DNA of 64,000 nucleotides from contig NC_090346.1 in NCBI RefSeq assembly GCF_035084215.1, positions 48,608,001 through 48,672,000 on the forward strand. Reading direction: 5' to 3'. The stretch is from Heptranchias perlo. Taxonomy: Eukaryota. This document shows positions 1-11,472 of this stretch, piece after piece. Within the stretch, counting starts at the first letter, position 1. The number at the start of each line of letters is the position of its first letter. Under the pieces are notes generated by a model. The model was given only the letters and a program-made list of their open reading frames with translations, did no database searches and was not told the DNA's origin. A program made the position numbers and the translations under genes.

Positions 1-684
1 GTTGTGAGGTGGGGACGGGTTTGTAGATGAGGGCGTAGTGGTGGAGGAAAATAGGAAGATGTGGAGAGGAATGTTCACACTTCCCATGACAGAGATATTG
101 GGATTAATCAAGGATTATGTGGCATAACTGGAAACGATTCCCTTGGGAAGCACAATCTCCCAGCGTAACGGCAGTGGGAGATTGGCAAAACCCCAGAGGT
201 TTTTTTTTACTGTTTACGCCATTTCTCCTGAGATTCTGCCAGACAACGTCCATGGAATTTCCAGGTTTCTATTTTTCCTTTTGATTTATTATTGTCCTTA
301 ACTAGACTGCCTGAGACTATGTGGCCATTAGCAGCATTGTGTTTTGCATCATTGAGCATGAATTAATCAAGTCCCCTGTAAAATTCTACACAGCACAGAA
401 AACCATTTATTAATGGAAGAGGAATGGTGAGAGATATGAAGACAGATCGGCAGCGCACACACCTGCATGAGAGCCAGTCAGGTCTATAAATCCCGCATCC
501 CATATAAACATCACCTCTCCATCCCAGGAGAGGCTGAGCCTGTAAGGGCATGTCCCACACAGAACAAGGGTAGCTCAGGGTCAGTCATGCTAGGGTCCAG
601 GTTAGGCTCTGCATCTTCAGGAGAGAATAACTTTCCTCACATCAGAAAACCAATGGCACTAACAACAGAGATTAGAATTACATT

Positions 685-925
685 ACAGCATAGTAACAGG
701 CCATTCGGCCCAACTGTTCTATGCCAGCATTTATGCTCCACACGAACCTCCTCCCATCCCTCTTCATCTAACCCTCTCGGCATATCCTTCTATTCCTTTC
801 TCCCTCCTGTGTTTATCCAGCTTCCCCTTAAATGCATCTGTGCTATTTGCCTCAATCACTCCTTGCAGCAAGTTTCACATTCCCACCACTCTCTGGGTAA
901 AGAAGTTTCTCCTGAAATCTCTATT
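685..925 (-). mobile_element. CR1 LINE 3'-end fragment
   Basis: aggccattcggccc tail hairpin and FFTQRVV-type coding remnant; related pieces at 17478-17622 (minus) and 55945-56200 (plus). Confidence 0.75.
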
Positions 926-1259
926 GGATTTATTGGTGATTGTCTTCTATTTATATTGGAGGACTGTTAATTTGATGCAGTTAATGCAGTGCACTACATC
1001 AAAAATAGCTATTTTACAATTTGTTGGCATTGAATCACCTTTAATGCACATGGTGATTTGTATCTGTCCACAGTTACACATTAGTGTTACAAAACAAACT
1101 GACTAACTGAAGAACAGCTTAAAGGAGGGAGGAATTCCCAATAACAGTTAACGACCTATAGTTACAGAGCAATTTTAATAAATTTTAAGGATTAAATAGC
1201 ACGAGTAGAACAAACATTTAAAAGGATCAGGTGTGTTGTACAAGTACAGAAACAGAAAT

Positions 1260-1888
1260 ATAGAATCATAGAAGTTTACAACATGGAAACAGGCCCTTCG
1301 GCCCAACATGTCCATGTCGCCCAGTTTATACCACTAAGCTAGTCCCAATTGCCTGCACTTGGCCCATATCCCTCTATACCCATCTTACCCATGTAACTGT
1401 CCAAATGCTTTTTAAAAGACAAAATTGTACCCGCCTCTACTGCTGCCTCTGGCAGCTCGTTCCAGACACTCACCACCCTTTGAGTGAAAAAATTGCCCCT
1501 CTGGACCCTTTTGTATCTCTCCCCTCTCACCTTAAATCTATGCCCCCTCGTTATAGACTCCCCTACCTTTGGGAAAAGATTTTGACTATCTACCTTATCT
1601 ATGCCCCTCATTATTTTATAGACTTCTATAAGATCATCCCTAAACCTCCTACTCTCCAGGGAAAAAAGTCTCAGTCTATCCAACCTCTCCCTATAAGTCA
1701 AATCATCAAGTCCCGGTAGCATCCTAGTAAATGTTTTCTGCACTCTTTCTAGTCTAATAATATCCTTTCTATAATAGGGTGACCAGAACTGTACACAGTA
1801 TTCCAAGTGTGGCCTTACTAATGTCTTGTACAACTCCTGTATTCAATGTTCTGACCAATGAAACCAAGCATGCTGAATGCCTTCTTCA
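1260..1888 (-). mobile_element. CR1 LINE 3' fragment (ORF2 C-terminus plus 3' UTR)
   Basis: YKTLVRPHLEYCVQFWSP...NFFTQRVVSVWNELP, the standard CR1 ORF2 end, with a short tandem tail. Confidence 0.92.
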
Positions 1889-3414
1889 GAAGGTCCATCA
1901 GGATTTCAGGCATAGTTCCTTCGTCAGAACCTTTCTGGTCTTTGAGGTGAGGGTTGTCAGCATTGGAGGATAGAACTCTTCCCATTTCAGGCAGCCAATG
2001 TCAGCACCAGGCACTCCCAGGTCAGGGACAATACAGTAAAACTCTCTCTGCTCTTCCCCAACAACATGCCTCAGTCCAGCCTTAGAAGAGCCCCCAATGA
2101 CTGGATAAGGGACTGTTTCCGACCCAGGCCAAAGTACGTGAACATTGTCGGGTTTGAGATGTGGATTCTGAAGAAATTTATTGTACATTCGAACCTCCGT
2201 GATCTGCGTTCCAATTATACGCCAGAATACTCTAGAACTAATCCTTGTGTAAGACATCAAAACTTCTTCATCCTTTGTATCGCACTTGTCTTCGATCCCA
2301 ATTGCTATACCTAAACATACAAGACCAAAATTTGGTAATTTCCAATAATCTGCTAATGTCCATTTATCCAGCCACCCCCCTCCCTCCCCTCCCCGTTACA
2401 GTGGATAATAGAAGCTCAGCTGAATTTCGTGGTTTCTGCAATGGTGTTCTATATCACACTCAGTAAAAGGGCAAGTGGCCAATTCTGTCACTGCCCTAGA
2501 ACGATGATGGTCCTTATTTTAAATGCTGGAGATTGCTCAGACTGTAGCTTTTCTCAGCGGTGTGTAAGCTTCTTTACCTATTTCAAATGAAAAGAAAGTC
2601 ACACATTAACAGTGAAGATAAATTCCACTTTATACAGAAAATGTAGGTGAGTGAAGGGATTTAATTTCACAGTAAATCACTGCGTCTTTTAGATTTGCAT
2701 TTATATAGCACCTTTCACTACCTAATGACGTCCCAAAGAGCTTTACAGCCAATGAAGTGTAGTCACTGTCGGAATGTAGGAAACGCTAAGGCCAACACCA
2801 GGTGGGATCAGCTAACTGAGCACTGACCAGGGAGCTTCCACATGTCTTTTGGCTCAGTATCACACCAGGAGATTCACATGCCCAACAGGCCAGCAGGGAG
2901 CTTTCTTCCGTTGTATTAACTGGATTTTATGAACAGTTTTAGTAGAAATATACTAATGAATGTGTGTTACAGTACCACGCACAGCTAAATAAGTATTGTG
3001 GTAACACAATTCATTGTTCTTCTTTCTTATTAGTGTCCCAAAGATTGTTACTTTGCAGCGAACAGTTTGTTTCAAGGACGGGTTACATTACCCATTAAAA
3101 TGTAGCAATCACTATGATACGGTCTTGTCTTGGATAAGGCAGGACTGTATTACATCGGCTGTAACACCCCTGAACCTGGGTGTATTATCAGCTGTTGTAT
3201 ATTGGTTCTGATACAGTTCTCTCACCTCATCAGGCTTGGGTATATTCTCTCTTGTAGCTGTGATTAAGACTTGCTACCCTGCCCGAGACACATCAGATAG
3301 GATGTCCTCTCTCCTCGGGTCACCCAGCTCTTGTATCTTACCTTCCCCTATTTTAGTTTTCTTTCAGTTCTCCCTCTCTGTGAGTCAGTTGCTCTTCTCA
3401 AATAGTACTGTGGG

Positions 3415-3620
3415 ATCTTTTACATCCATCTAAGAAGACAGATGAGGCCTCAGTTTAACGTCTCATCCAAAAGTCAGCACCTGCAACAGTGCAGCACTCC
3501 CTCAGTATTGCACTGAAGTGTCAGCCTAGATTCTGTGCTCAAGTCTCTGGAGTGGGACTTGAACCCATGACCTACTGACTCAGAGGAGAGAGTGCTGCCC
3601 ACTGAGCCACAGCTGACATC
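3415..3620 (-). mobile_element. SINE copy, 5' half, same family
   Basis: Reverse complement has the tRNA-like head (tggctcagtggg...gggttcaagtccc) and the cagtgcaatactgagggagtgctgcactg core. Confidence 0.8.
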
Positions 3621-3791
3621 TTAAAGTCATTCTAAAGTCACATTCATGACATTTACCCTTAAAGCTGCAGAGACCCCCAGCTGAAGAAGGATTCATTGAA
3701 TAAATGGCATCTAACACCTATAAATGGAGAACACAACATATATGTTCTAACTGGTCAGCAAACATCAATATATGCTTCAAATACCGTGTGC

Positions 3792-4911
3792 TTACAATAC
3801 AGTATCCACTAGTTTGTTTGGTGTTTCCAAGATTAATTTTCTTCTTTCTACTGCGGAAAGAATTTTTTTCCGTGGTCCAAGTGGCAGATGGATGCCTTTC
3901 AGATCTTCGTCAGAACACAGCATGAGGGAATCTAGGTCAATCTGCTCTCTTGCAAGGAAAGGGATGAACTCCATCATGTTCTGAGATGCCAGGAAGACTT
4001 CAAGTGGTGTTGTCTCAGGCTCGTCATCATCCAGACCTATATCTTCCTCGTTCCAGGGCAAATCATCTTCCTCTTCTTCATTGAATCCATCAAGGATTTC
4101 AGGATTTGCAAACTTCTCATTAGGCTTCAACACTTCACGACGTAATTTGGAACCAACATCTTCCATCTCATTATTGGTCAACACTTCCTCTTCCACATTC
4201 AAGCCAAAGACAAAGTTTCTTCTGAAAAGCATATTTCCCAAACCAGGACGATTGAAGAGAGACTCATGTCCGAAATTATCACCATCTTCATTAGAGGCTG
4301 CACTCCCCTCATCTCTTTCATTAAACATGTCCAATACATTGCCCCGTACCCCACTGCTCCCTTCTTGAGTTACAAAGATGACATCCTTTCCTAGTTGCTG
4401 CTCCGAAATGTTTTTGCTGCTTTCCTTCTTCCTAAGTTTCTTCTGCAGGGATCCTTTCATGATGGAAGAAATGGGACCTGTTCGTTGTGATCCACCCATT
4501 TTGAAGAGATCACTAACACTAGATACAGTCCCACCCTGTGCATGTGCAGCCCCACTGCTTTTGGCTTCCATCTCCCGGGTATATTTCTTGTTCATTTGAT
4601 TCTGGTGCTTTTTCTTGCGTTTTTCACACTCTTTGATCTGTTTCTCTGCTTCCTTCCTCGCCTTCTCCTTTAGCCTGGTGACCTGTTTCGGATTCATCGT
4701 TGTTTGCTTAGTGGCTGCCGTGTCTAGGAAGCGGACGCATTCCATTCGATCCTTATTGGCGGCAGCGTCCATCGCGGAATGGAAGTCGTTATCCAGAGCC
4801 CAGATGTTTGCACCAAAGTTGACCAAGAAAGTGACAATGTGAAGATGGCCATTGGTTGAAGCATGGTGCAAGGGAGTGTTGCCCCAGATGTCACATATGT
4901 CAGGGTCACCT
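3792..4911 (-). CDS. ANKS4B: ANKS4B coding exon 2 (ankyrin repeats, central region, SAM domain, C-terminal PDZ-binding motif DTVL)
   Basis: ttttttcAG acceptor, then GDPDICDIWGNTPLH..., central motif SLFNRPGLGNMLFRRN, SAM domain (QIDLDSLMLCSDEDLKGIHLPLGPRKKIL), stop TAA at 3792-3794. Two-exon structure and residues NFGANI.ALDND and MNPK.VTRLKE favour ANKS4B over its paralogue USH1G. Confidence 0.92.
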
Positions 4912-5427
4912 CTGAAAAAACAATCATAAAGAGTTGGTTTGATACAGGGTTTCACAATAAGTAGCAAGTCTGTTCCTTTCTGCCTCTCTAACTTTGCCCT
5001 CTTGGCCATCATCTCCCCAAGGGGTCTCGATGTCAATGGCCCTCTGACACCGTACCCAAGCGGCCACTCTCGATACATTAGCCTGGACAACGAGTGTTGA
5101 TTGTTGATCTGACCGTGAAGCAGTCACAGCCAAACCTGTTCTAACTTGTCATCTGCACTTGAACACTTCCAGCAAAGGACAGTGGATCAGAAGCAGAAAA
5201 CATGGCTGATTTCCTCCATCCCCTCCTTAATTCAGGAACGTCGAAGCTATCTATAGCTTCGCCAATTCCCTAATGAGATGTAACTAGCAAAGACCAGCTA
5301 GCTCAGTGCAGACTATGGAGTGAAATTAGGACCTGTCCAGTCTAGTGTCACACTGAGCAGTCCAATTAACAAGATGACCACCGCCAGAGCACATATGACA
5401 CCTTTAACCATTGGTGGACAGAATGTT

Positions 5428-5870
5428 TTGGCTCAGTGGGTAGCACTTTCGCCTCTGGGTCAGAAGGTCGTGGGTACAAATTGCACTCCTGAGACTTGAG
5501 CCCATAATCAAGGCTGACACTCTAGTGCAGTACTGAGGGAGTGCTGCACTGTTGGAGGTGCCGTCTTTTGGATGAGACCTGTCTGTTCTCTCAGATGGAA
5601 GTAAAAGATCCCTTGGCAGTATTCAGAGAAGAGCGTGATCATCATTCAAGTAAGATGTTAAACCAAGGCCCTGCCTGCCTTCTCAAGTGGACGTAAAAGA
5701 TCCCATCTGATTCAAAGAACAGCAGGGTAAGAGGACAAGTTCTACTGGTGTTCTGGCCGATGTTTATCCCTCAGCTAACACCACCAAACACCAATGAACT
5801 GGTCATTCATTTCATTGCTATTTGTGGGACCTGAGGTTGTGAAAGGCGCTATATAAATGCAAGTCTTTCT
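5428..5870 (+). mobile_element. SINE copy, same family, with an internal duplication
   Basis: Head tggctcagtgggtagcac, core cagtactgagggagtgctgcactg, tail gaaaggcgctatataaatgcaagtctttct; the taaaagatccc segment occurs twice. Confidence 0.8.
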
Positions 5871-6324
5871 CCCAGTCACCTGACCGGAGTGGGTGTGCAC
5901 TTTAAACGCTCAGCAACATTTGCAAATATTGACTGTGACGAGCAACAATCTGTCTCCATTTACTGTTACTCCTTGGAATGATGTGGAGATGCCGGTAATG
6001 GACTATAACCTGGTGTTGTAAGATTCCTTACATTACTCCTTGGAATGACAGATAACAAGACCTGAAACATAACTTTACGAGATTCGGGTTATGGCTTCAA
6101 TTCAGGTTGCTGAAGGGCAAACCCCTGAAACATTACGACATCTTTTCTTTTTATAGACTGACCTGTTGCTTAATTCCAGCTTTATTTGATTTATATTAAT
6201 TCAGGTTCATAGTTTGTGAGTATGTTTTTTTTAAATGACTCAAGGTTTGTAGAAAGCCTTAGACCTTGATCAACACGTAACAATTCTCTCAACGTCTATC
6301 ATTTCAAAAGACATTTACTAAATA

Positions 6325-7107
6325 AACCATTGTCTTCGGTCCTCGCCAGAAACTCCGTTCTCTAGCCACTGACTCCATTCCTCTCCCTGGCCACTGTCTG
6401 AAGCTGAACCAGGCCATTCGCAACCTTGGCATCCTATCTGACCCCGAGATGAGCTTCTGACCACATATCCGCTCCATCACCAAGACCACCTACTTCCACC
6501 TCCGTAACATCGTGCATCTCCACCCCTGCCTCAGCTCATCTGCTGCTGAAACCCTTATCCATGTCTTTATTACCTCTAGACTTGACTATTTGAAAGCGCT
6601 CCTGACCGGCCTCCCATTTTCCACCCTCCATAAACTTGAGTTCATCCAAAACTCTGCTGCCCGTATCCTAACTCTCACCAAGGCCCGTTCACTCATCACC
6701 TCCCCTGTGCTCGCTGACCTACATTGGTCTGGAAACGCCTCAATTTTAAAATTCTCATCCTTCTTTTCAAATCCCTCCATGGCCTCACCCCTCCCTATCT
6801 CTGTAACCTCCTCCAGCTCTACAATCCTCCGAGATCTCTGTGCTTCTCCAATTCTGGTCTCTTGCGCATCCCCGATTTTCATCGCCCCACCAGTGGCGGC
6901 CGTGCCTTCAGCTGCCTAGGCCCTAAGCTCTTGAATTCCCTCCCTGAACCTCTCCGCCTCTCTCTCCTCCTTTAAGACACTTCTTAAAACCTACCTCCCA
7001 TCCTAATATCTCCTTGTGTGGCTCGGTGTCAAATTTTGTTTGATTACGCTCCTGTGAAGCACCTTGGGCCATTTACTAAAGGTGCTATATAAAAGCAAGT
7101 TGTTGTA
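6325..7107 (+). mobile_element. L2-clade LINE 3' fragment
   Basis: AETLIHVFITSRLDY, QNSAARIL, PVLADLHW and GGRAFS motifs; tail aaaggtgctatataaaagcaagttgttgt resembles the SINE tails. Fainter L2 remnants near 16480-16690, 45200-45560 and 56200-56460. Confidence 0.88.
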
Positions 7108-7204
7108 AGTTGACAGGTAATAAAGGAAACATTAGATAGCAGATATTAAATATTGAGACGTTTAAAAATAACAATGGTTACATTGTTCCACGTTAAATTA
7201 AAGA

Positions 7205-10200
7205 ATGAAAGACTTGCATTCGTATAGAGCCTTTCACAACCTCAGGACGTCCCAAAGCGCTTTCCAACCAATTAAGTACTTTTGAAGTGTAGTCACTGTT
7301 GTAATGTAGGAAATGCAGCAGCCAATTTGTGCACAGCAAGATCCCACAAACATCAATGAAACAAATGACGACGTCATCTGTTTTAGGTGTTGGTCAAGGA
7401 ATAAATATTGGCCAGGACACCGGGGAGAATTTCCCCGCTCGTCTTAGAAATAGTGGCCCTGGAATCTTTTACATCCACCTGAGGGGGCAGACAGGGCCTC
7501 GGTTCAACGTCTCATCCGAAAGACGGCACCTCCGACAGTACGGCGCTCCCTCAGTACTGACCCCCCGACAGTGCGGCACTCCCTCAGTACTGACCCTCCG
7601 ACAGCGCGGTACTCCCTCAGTACTGACCCTCCGACAGTGCAGCGCTCCCTCAGTACTGACCCTCCGACAGTGCTGCACTCCCTCAGTACTGACCCTCCGA
7701 CAGTGCGGCGCTCCCTCAGTACTGACCCTCCGACAGTGCTCCCTCAGTACCGACCCTCCAACAGTGCGGCGCTCCCTCAGTACCGACCCTCCGACAGTGC
7801 TGCGCTCCCTCAGTAACGACCCTCCGACAGTGCGGCACTCCCTCAGTAACGACCCTCCGACAGTGCGGCACTCCCTCAGTACTGACCCTCCGACAGTGCT
7901 GCACTCCCTCAGTACTGACCCGCCGACAGTGCTGCGCTCCCTCAGTACTGACCCTCCGACAGTGCTGCGCTCCCTCAGTACTGACCCTCCGACAGTGCTG
8001 CGCTCCCTCAGTACTGACCCTCCGACAGTGCTGCGCTCCCTCAGTACTGACCCTCCGACAGTGCTGCACTCCCTCAGTACTGACCCTCCGACAGTGCTGC
8101 ACTCCCTCAGTACTGACCCTCCGACAGTGCTGCGCTCCCTCAGTACTGACCCTCCGACAGTGCTGCGCTCCCTCAGTACTGACCCTCCGACAGTGCTGCG
8201 CTCCTTCAGTACTGACCCTCCGACAGTGCTGCGCTCCCTCAGTACTGACCCTCCGACAGTGCTGCGCTCCCTCAGTACTGACCCTCCGACAGTGCTGCGC
8301 TCCCTCAGTACTGACCCTCCGACAGTGCTGCGCTCCCTCAGTACTGACCCTCCGACAGTGCTGCGCTCCCTCAGTACTGACCCTCCGACAGTGCTGCGCT
8401 CCCTCAGTACTGACCCTCCGACAGTGCTGCGCTCCCTCAGTACTGACCCTCCGACAGTGCTGCGCTCCCTCAGTACTGACCCTCCGACAGTGCTGCGCTC
8501 CCTCAGTACTGACCCTCCGACAGTGCTGCGCTCCCTCAGTACTGACCCTCCGACAGTGCTGCGCTCCCTCAGTACTGACCCTCCGACAGTGCTGCGCTCC
8601 CTCAGTACTGACCCTCCGACAGTGCTGCGCTCCCTCAGTACTGACCCTCCGACAGTGCTGCGCTCCCTCAGTACTGACCCTCCGACAGTGCTGCGCTCCC
8701 TCAGTACTGACCCTCCGACAGTGCTGCGCTCCCTCAGTACTGACCCTCCGACAGTGCTGCTCTCCCTCAGTACTGACCCTCCGACAGTGCTGCACTCCCT
8801 CAGTACTGACCCTCCGACAGTGCTGCACTCCCTCAGTACTGACCCTCCGACAGTGCTGCACTCCCTCAGTACTGACCCTCCGACAGTGCTGCACTCCCTC
8901 AGTACTGACCCTCCGACAGTGCTGCACTCCCTCAGTACTGACCCTCCGACAGTGCTGCACTCCCTCAGTACTGACCCTCCGACAGTGCAATGCTCCCTCA
9001 GTACTGACCCTCCGACAGTGCTGCGCTCCCTCAGTACTGACCCTCGGACAGTGCTGCACTCCCTCAGTACTGACCCTCCGACAGTGCTGCACTCCCTCAG
9101 TACTGACCCTCCGACAGTGCTGCACTCCCTCAGTACTGACCCTCCGACAGTGCTGCGCTCCCTCAGTACTGACCCTCCGACAGTGCTGCGCTCCCTCAGT
9201 ACTGACCCTCCGACAGTGCTGCGCTCCCTCAGTACTGACCCTCCGACAGTGCTGCGCTCCCTCAGTACTGACCCTCCGACAGTGCTGCGCTCCCTCAGTA
9301 CTGACCCTCCGACAGTGCTGCGCTCCCTCAGTACTGACCCTCCGACAGTGCTGCGCTCCCTCAGTACTGACCCTCCGACAGTGCTGCGCTCCCTCAGTAC
9401 TGACCCTCCGACAGTGCTGCGCTCCCTCAGTACTGACCCTCCGACAGTGCTGCGCTCCCTCAGTACTGACCCTCCGACAGTGCTGCGCTCCCTCAGTACT
9501 GACCCTCCGACAGTGCTGCGCTCCCTCAGTACTGACCCTCCGACAGTGCTGCGCTCCCTCAGTACTGACCCTCCGACAGTGCTGCGCTCCCTCAGTACTG
9601 ACCCTCCGACAGTGCTGCGCTCCCTCAGTACTGACCCTCCGACAGTGCTGCGCTCCCTCAGTACTGACCCTCCGACAGTGCTGCGCTCCCTCAGTACTGA
9701 CCCTCCGACAGTGCTGCGCTCCCTCAGTACTGACCCTCCGACAGTGCTGCGCTCCCTCAGTACTGACCCTCCGACAGTGCTGCGCTCCCTCAGTACTGAC
9801 CCTCCGACAGTGCTGCGCTCCCTCAGTACTGACCCTCGGACAGTGCTGCACTCCCTCAGTACTGACCCTCCGACAGTGCTGCACTCCCTCAGTACCGACC
9901 CTCCGACAGTGCTGCACTCCCTCAGTACTGACCCTCCGACAGTGCTGCGCTCCCTCAGTACTGACCCTCCGACAGTGCTGCGCTCCCTCAGTACTGACCC
10001 TCCGACAGTGCTGCGCTCCCTCAGTACTGACCCTCCGACAGTGCTGCGCTCCCTCAGTACTGACCCTCCGACAGTGCTGCGCTCCTTCAGTACTGACCCT
10101 CCGACAGTGCTGCGCTCCCTCAGTACTGACCCTCCGACAGTGCTGCACTCCCTCAGTACTGACCCTCCGACAGTGCTGCACTCCCTCAGTACTGACCCTC

Positions 10201-11097
10201 CGACAGTGCTGCGCTCCCTCAGTACTGACCCTCCGACAGTGCTGCGCTCCCTCAGTACTGACCCTCCGACAGTGCTGCGCTCCCTCAGTACTGACCCTCC
10301 GACAGTGCTGCGCTCCCTCAGTACTGACCCTCGGACAGTGCTGCGCTCCTTCAGTACTGACCCTCCGACAGTGCTGCGCTCCCTCAGTACTGACCCTCCG
10401 ACAGTGCTGCACTCCCTCAGTACTGACCCTCCGACAGTGCTGCACTCCCTCAGTACTGACCCTCCGACAGTGCTGCGCTCCCTCAGTACTGACCCTCGGA
10501 CAGTGCTGCGCTCCTTCAGTACTGACCCTCCGACAGTGCTGCACTCCCTCAGTACTGACCCTCCGACAGTGCTGCACTCCCTCAGTACTGACCCTCCGAC
10601 AGTGCTGCACTCCCTCAGTACTGACCCTCCGACAGTGCTGCGCTCCCTCAGTACTGACCCTCCGACAGTGCTGCACTCCCTCAGTACTGACCCTCCGACA
10701 GTGCTGCACTCCCTCAGTACTGACCCTCCGACAGTGCTGCACTCCCACAGTACTGACCCTCCGACAGTGCTGCACTCCCTCAGTACTGACCCTCCGACAG
10801 TGCTGCGCTCCCTCAGTACTGACCCTCCGACAGTGCTGCACTCCCTCAGTACTGACCCTCCGACAGTGCTGCGCTCCCTCAGTACTGACCCTCCGACAGT
10901 GCTGCACTCCCTCAGTACTGACCCTCCGACAGTGCTGCACTCCCTCAGTACTGACCCTCCGACAGTGCTGCACTCCCTCAGTACTGCACTGGGAGTGTCA
11001 GCCTGGATTTTATTGCTCAGGCCTCTGGACTGGAGCTTGACCCTCGCAGCTTCTGACTCAGAGGTGAGAGGGCGACACACTGAACCACGGCTGACAT
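7205..11097 (-). mobile_element. tRNA-headed SINE (Deu-domain / SacSINE1-like) hosting the minisatellite
   Basis: Tail and body at 7205-7530 and head at 10985-11097 are collinear with intact copies at 49108-49520 and 53910-54355. Confidence 0.85.
7527..10988. repeat. 33-bp minisatellite, about 105 copies, derived from SINE internal sequence
   Basis: Unit CTCCCTCAGTACTGACCCTCCGACAGTGCTGC(G/A) repeated head to tail; the single-copy version occurs in other SINEs in the window (e.g. near 12505-12540). Confidence 0.98.
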
Positions 11098-11198
11098 TTC
11101 AGAACAGATAAATCATCTGAAAAAAAAAACCACAAGTGCTCAGAAGGATTTCTATCCCATCATTGCTGGTGATGTGGGAACCAGCCTGTGATCCTCAC

Positions 11199-11362
11199 CC
11201 TCTGCTACAGATGAGCTGAAGAGCCTCCAGATGGCCGTGATACGCCGCCCAAAGAGTCGGGGTCATCCCATCCTCATTTGGGCTGTTGAGATCCTTCCTG
11301 GTCGCCTCCTTCAAGGGACCCAGGTAGCCATCCCTGGCGGCCTTGTGATACCTGTCAGTCAT
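11199..11362 (-). CDS. ANKS4B: ANKS4B (ankyrin repeat and SAM domain 4B) coding exon 1
   Basis: Not in the ORF track. Reverse complement reads [55 protein letters not shown], then a GTGAGG donor. 164 nt, phase 2, joins exon 2 in frame. Confidence 0.93.
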
Positions 11363-11450
11363 GGCTCAGCAGCTCAGGGACCCCCCCGCACACACACCAC
11401 GGGCACCGGGTGGCGAAGCAGCGAGTCCGGCGACAGAGTGAGAGCCGGGT

Positions 11451-11472
11451 CCCCGCCCCTGGCCAAAGTCCA
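11451..11472. promoter_or_regulatory. GC box plus HNF4-type DR1 element upstream of ANKS4B
   Basis: CCCCGCCCC (11451-11459) next to TGGCCAAAGTCCA (11460-11472), which contains the HNF4-specific CAAAGTCCA core, about 100 bp upstream of the ATG. Confidence 0.55.

Noticed and set aside
467-970. 167-aa ORF near the window start
   Set aside because: Its second half is antisense CR1 3' sequence, and I recognise no protein family in the rest.
4912-5090. N-terminal part of the 432-aa ORF
   Set aside because: Intronic read-through upstream of the acceptor; the true N-terminus is the exon at 11199-11362.
7527-10988. CRISPR-like appearance (33-bp repeat with an internal palindrome)
   Set aside because: Units are directly adjacent with no unique spacers, there are no cas genes, and the context is a vertebrate intron.
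7329-11111. ORFs of 1260, 1203 and 1085 aa (SLSTDPPTVLR-type repeats), superficially mucin-like
   Set aside because: A 33-bp unit is a multiple of three and stop-free in several frames on both strands. The sequence is SINE-derived and lies in ANKS4B intron 1.
3792-11362. USH1G (SANS) as the identity of the ankyrin-SAM gene
   Set aside because: Exon 1 is USH1G-like in places, but exon 2 residues, overall length and the stop within exon 2 fit ANKS4B better; a gene tree would settle it.
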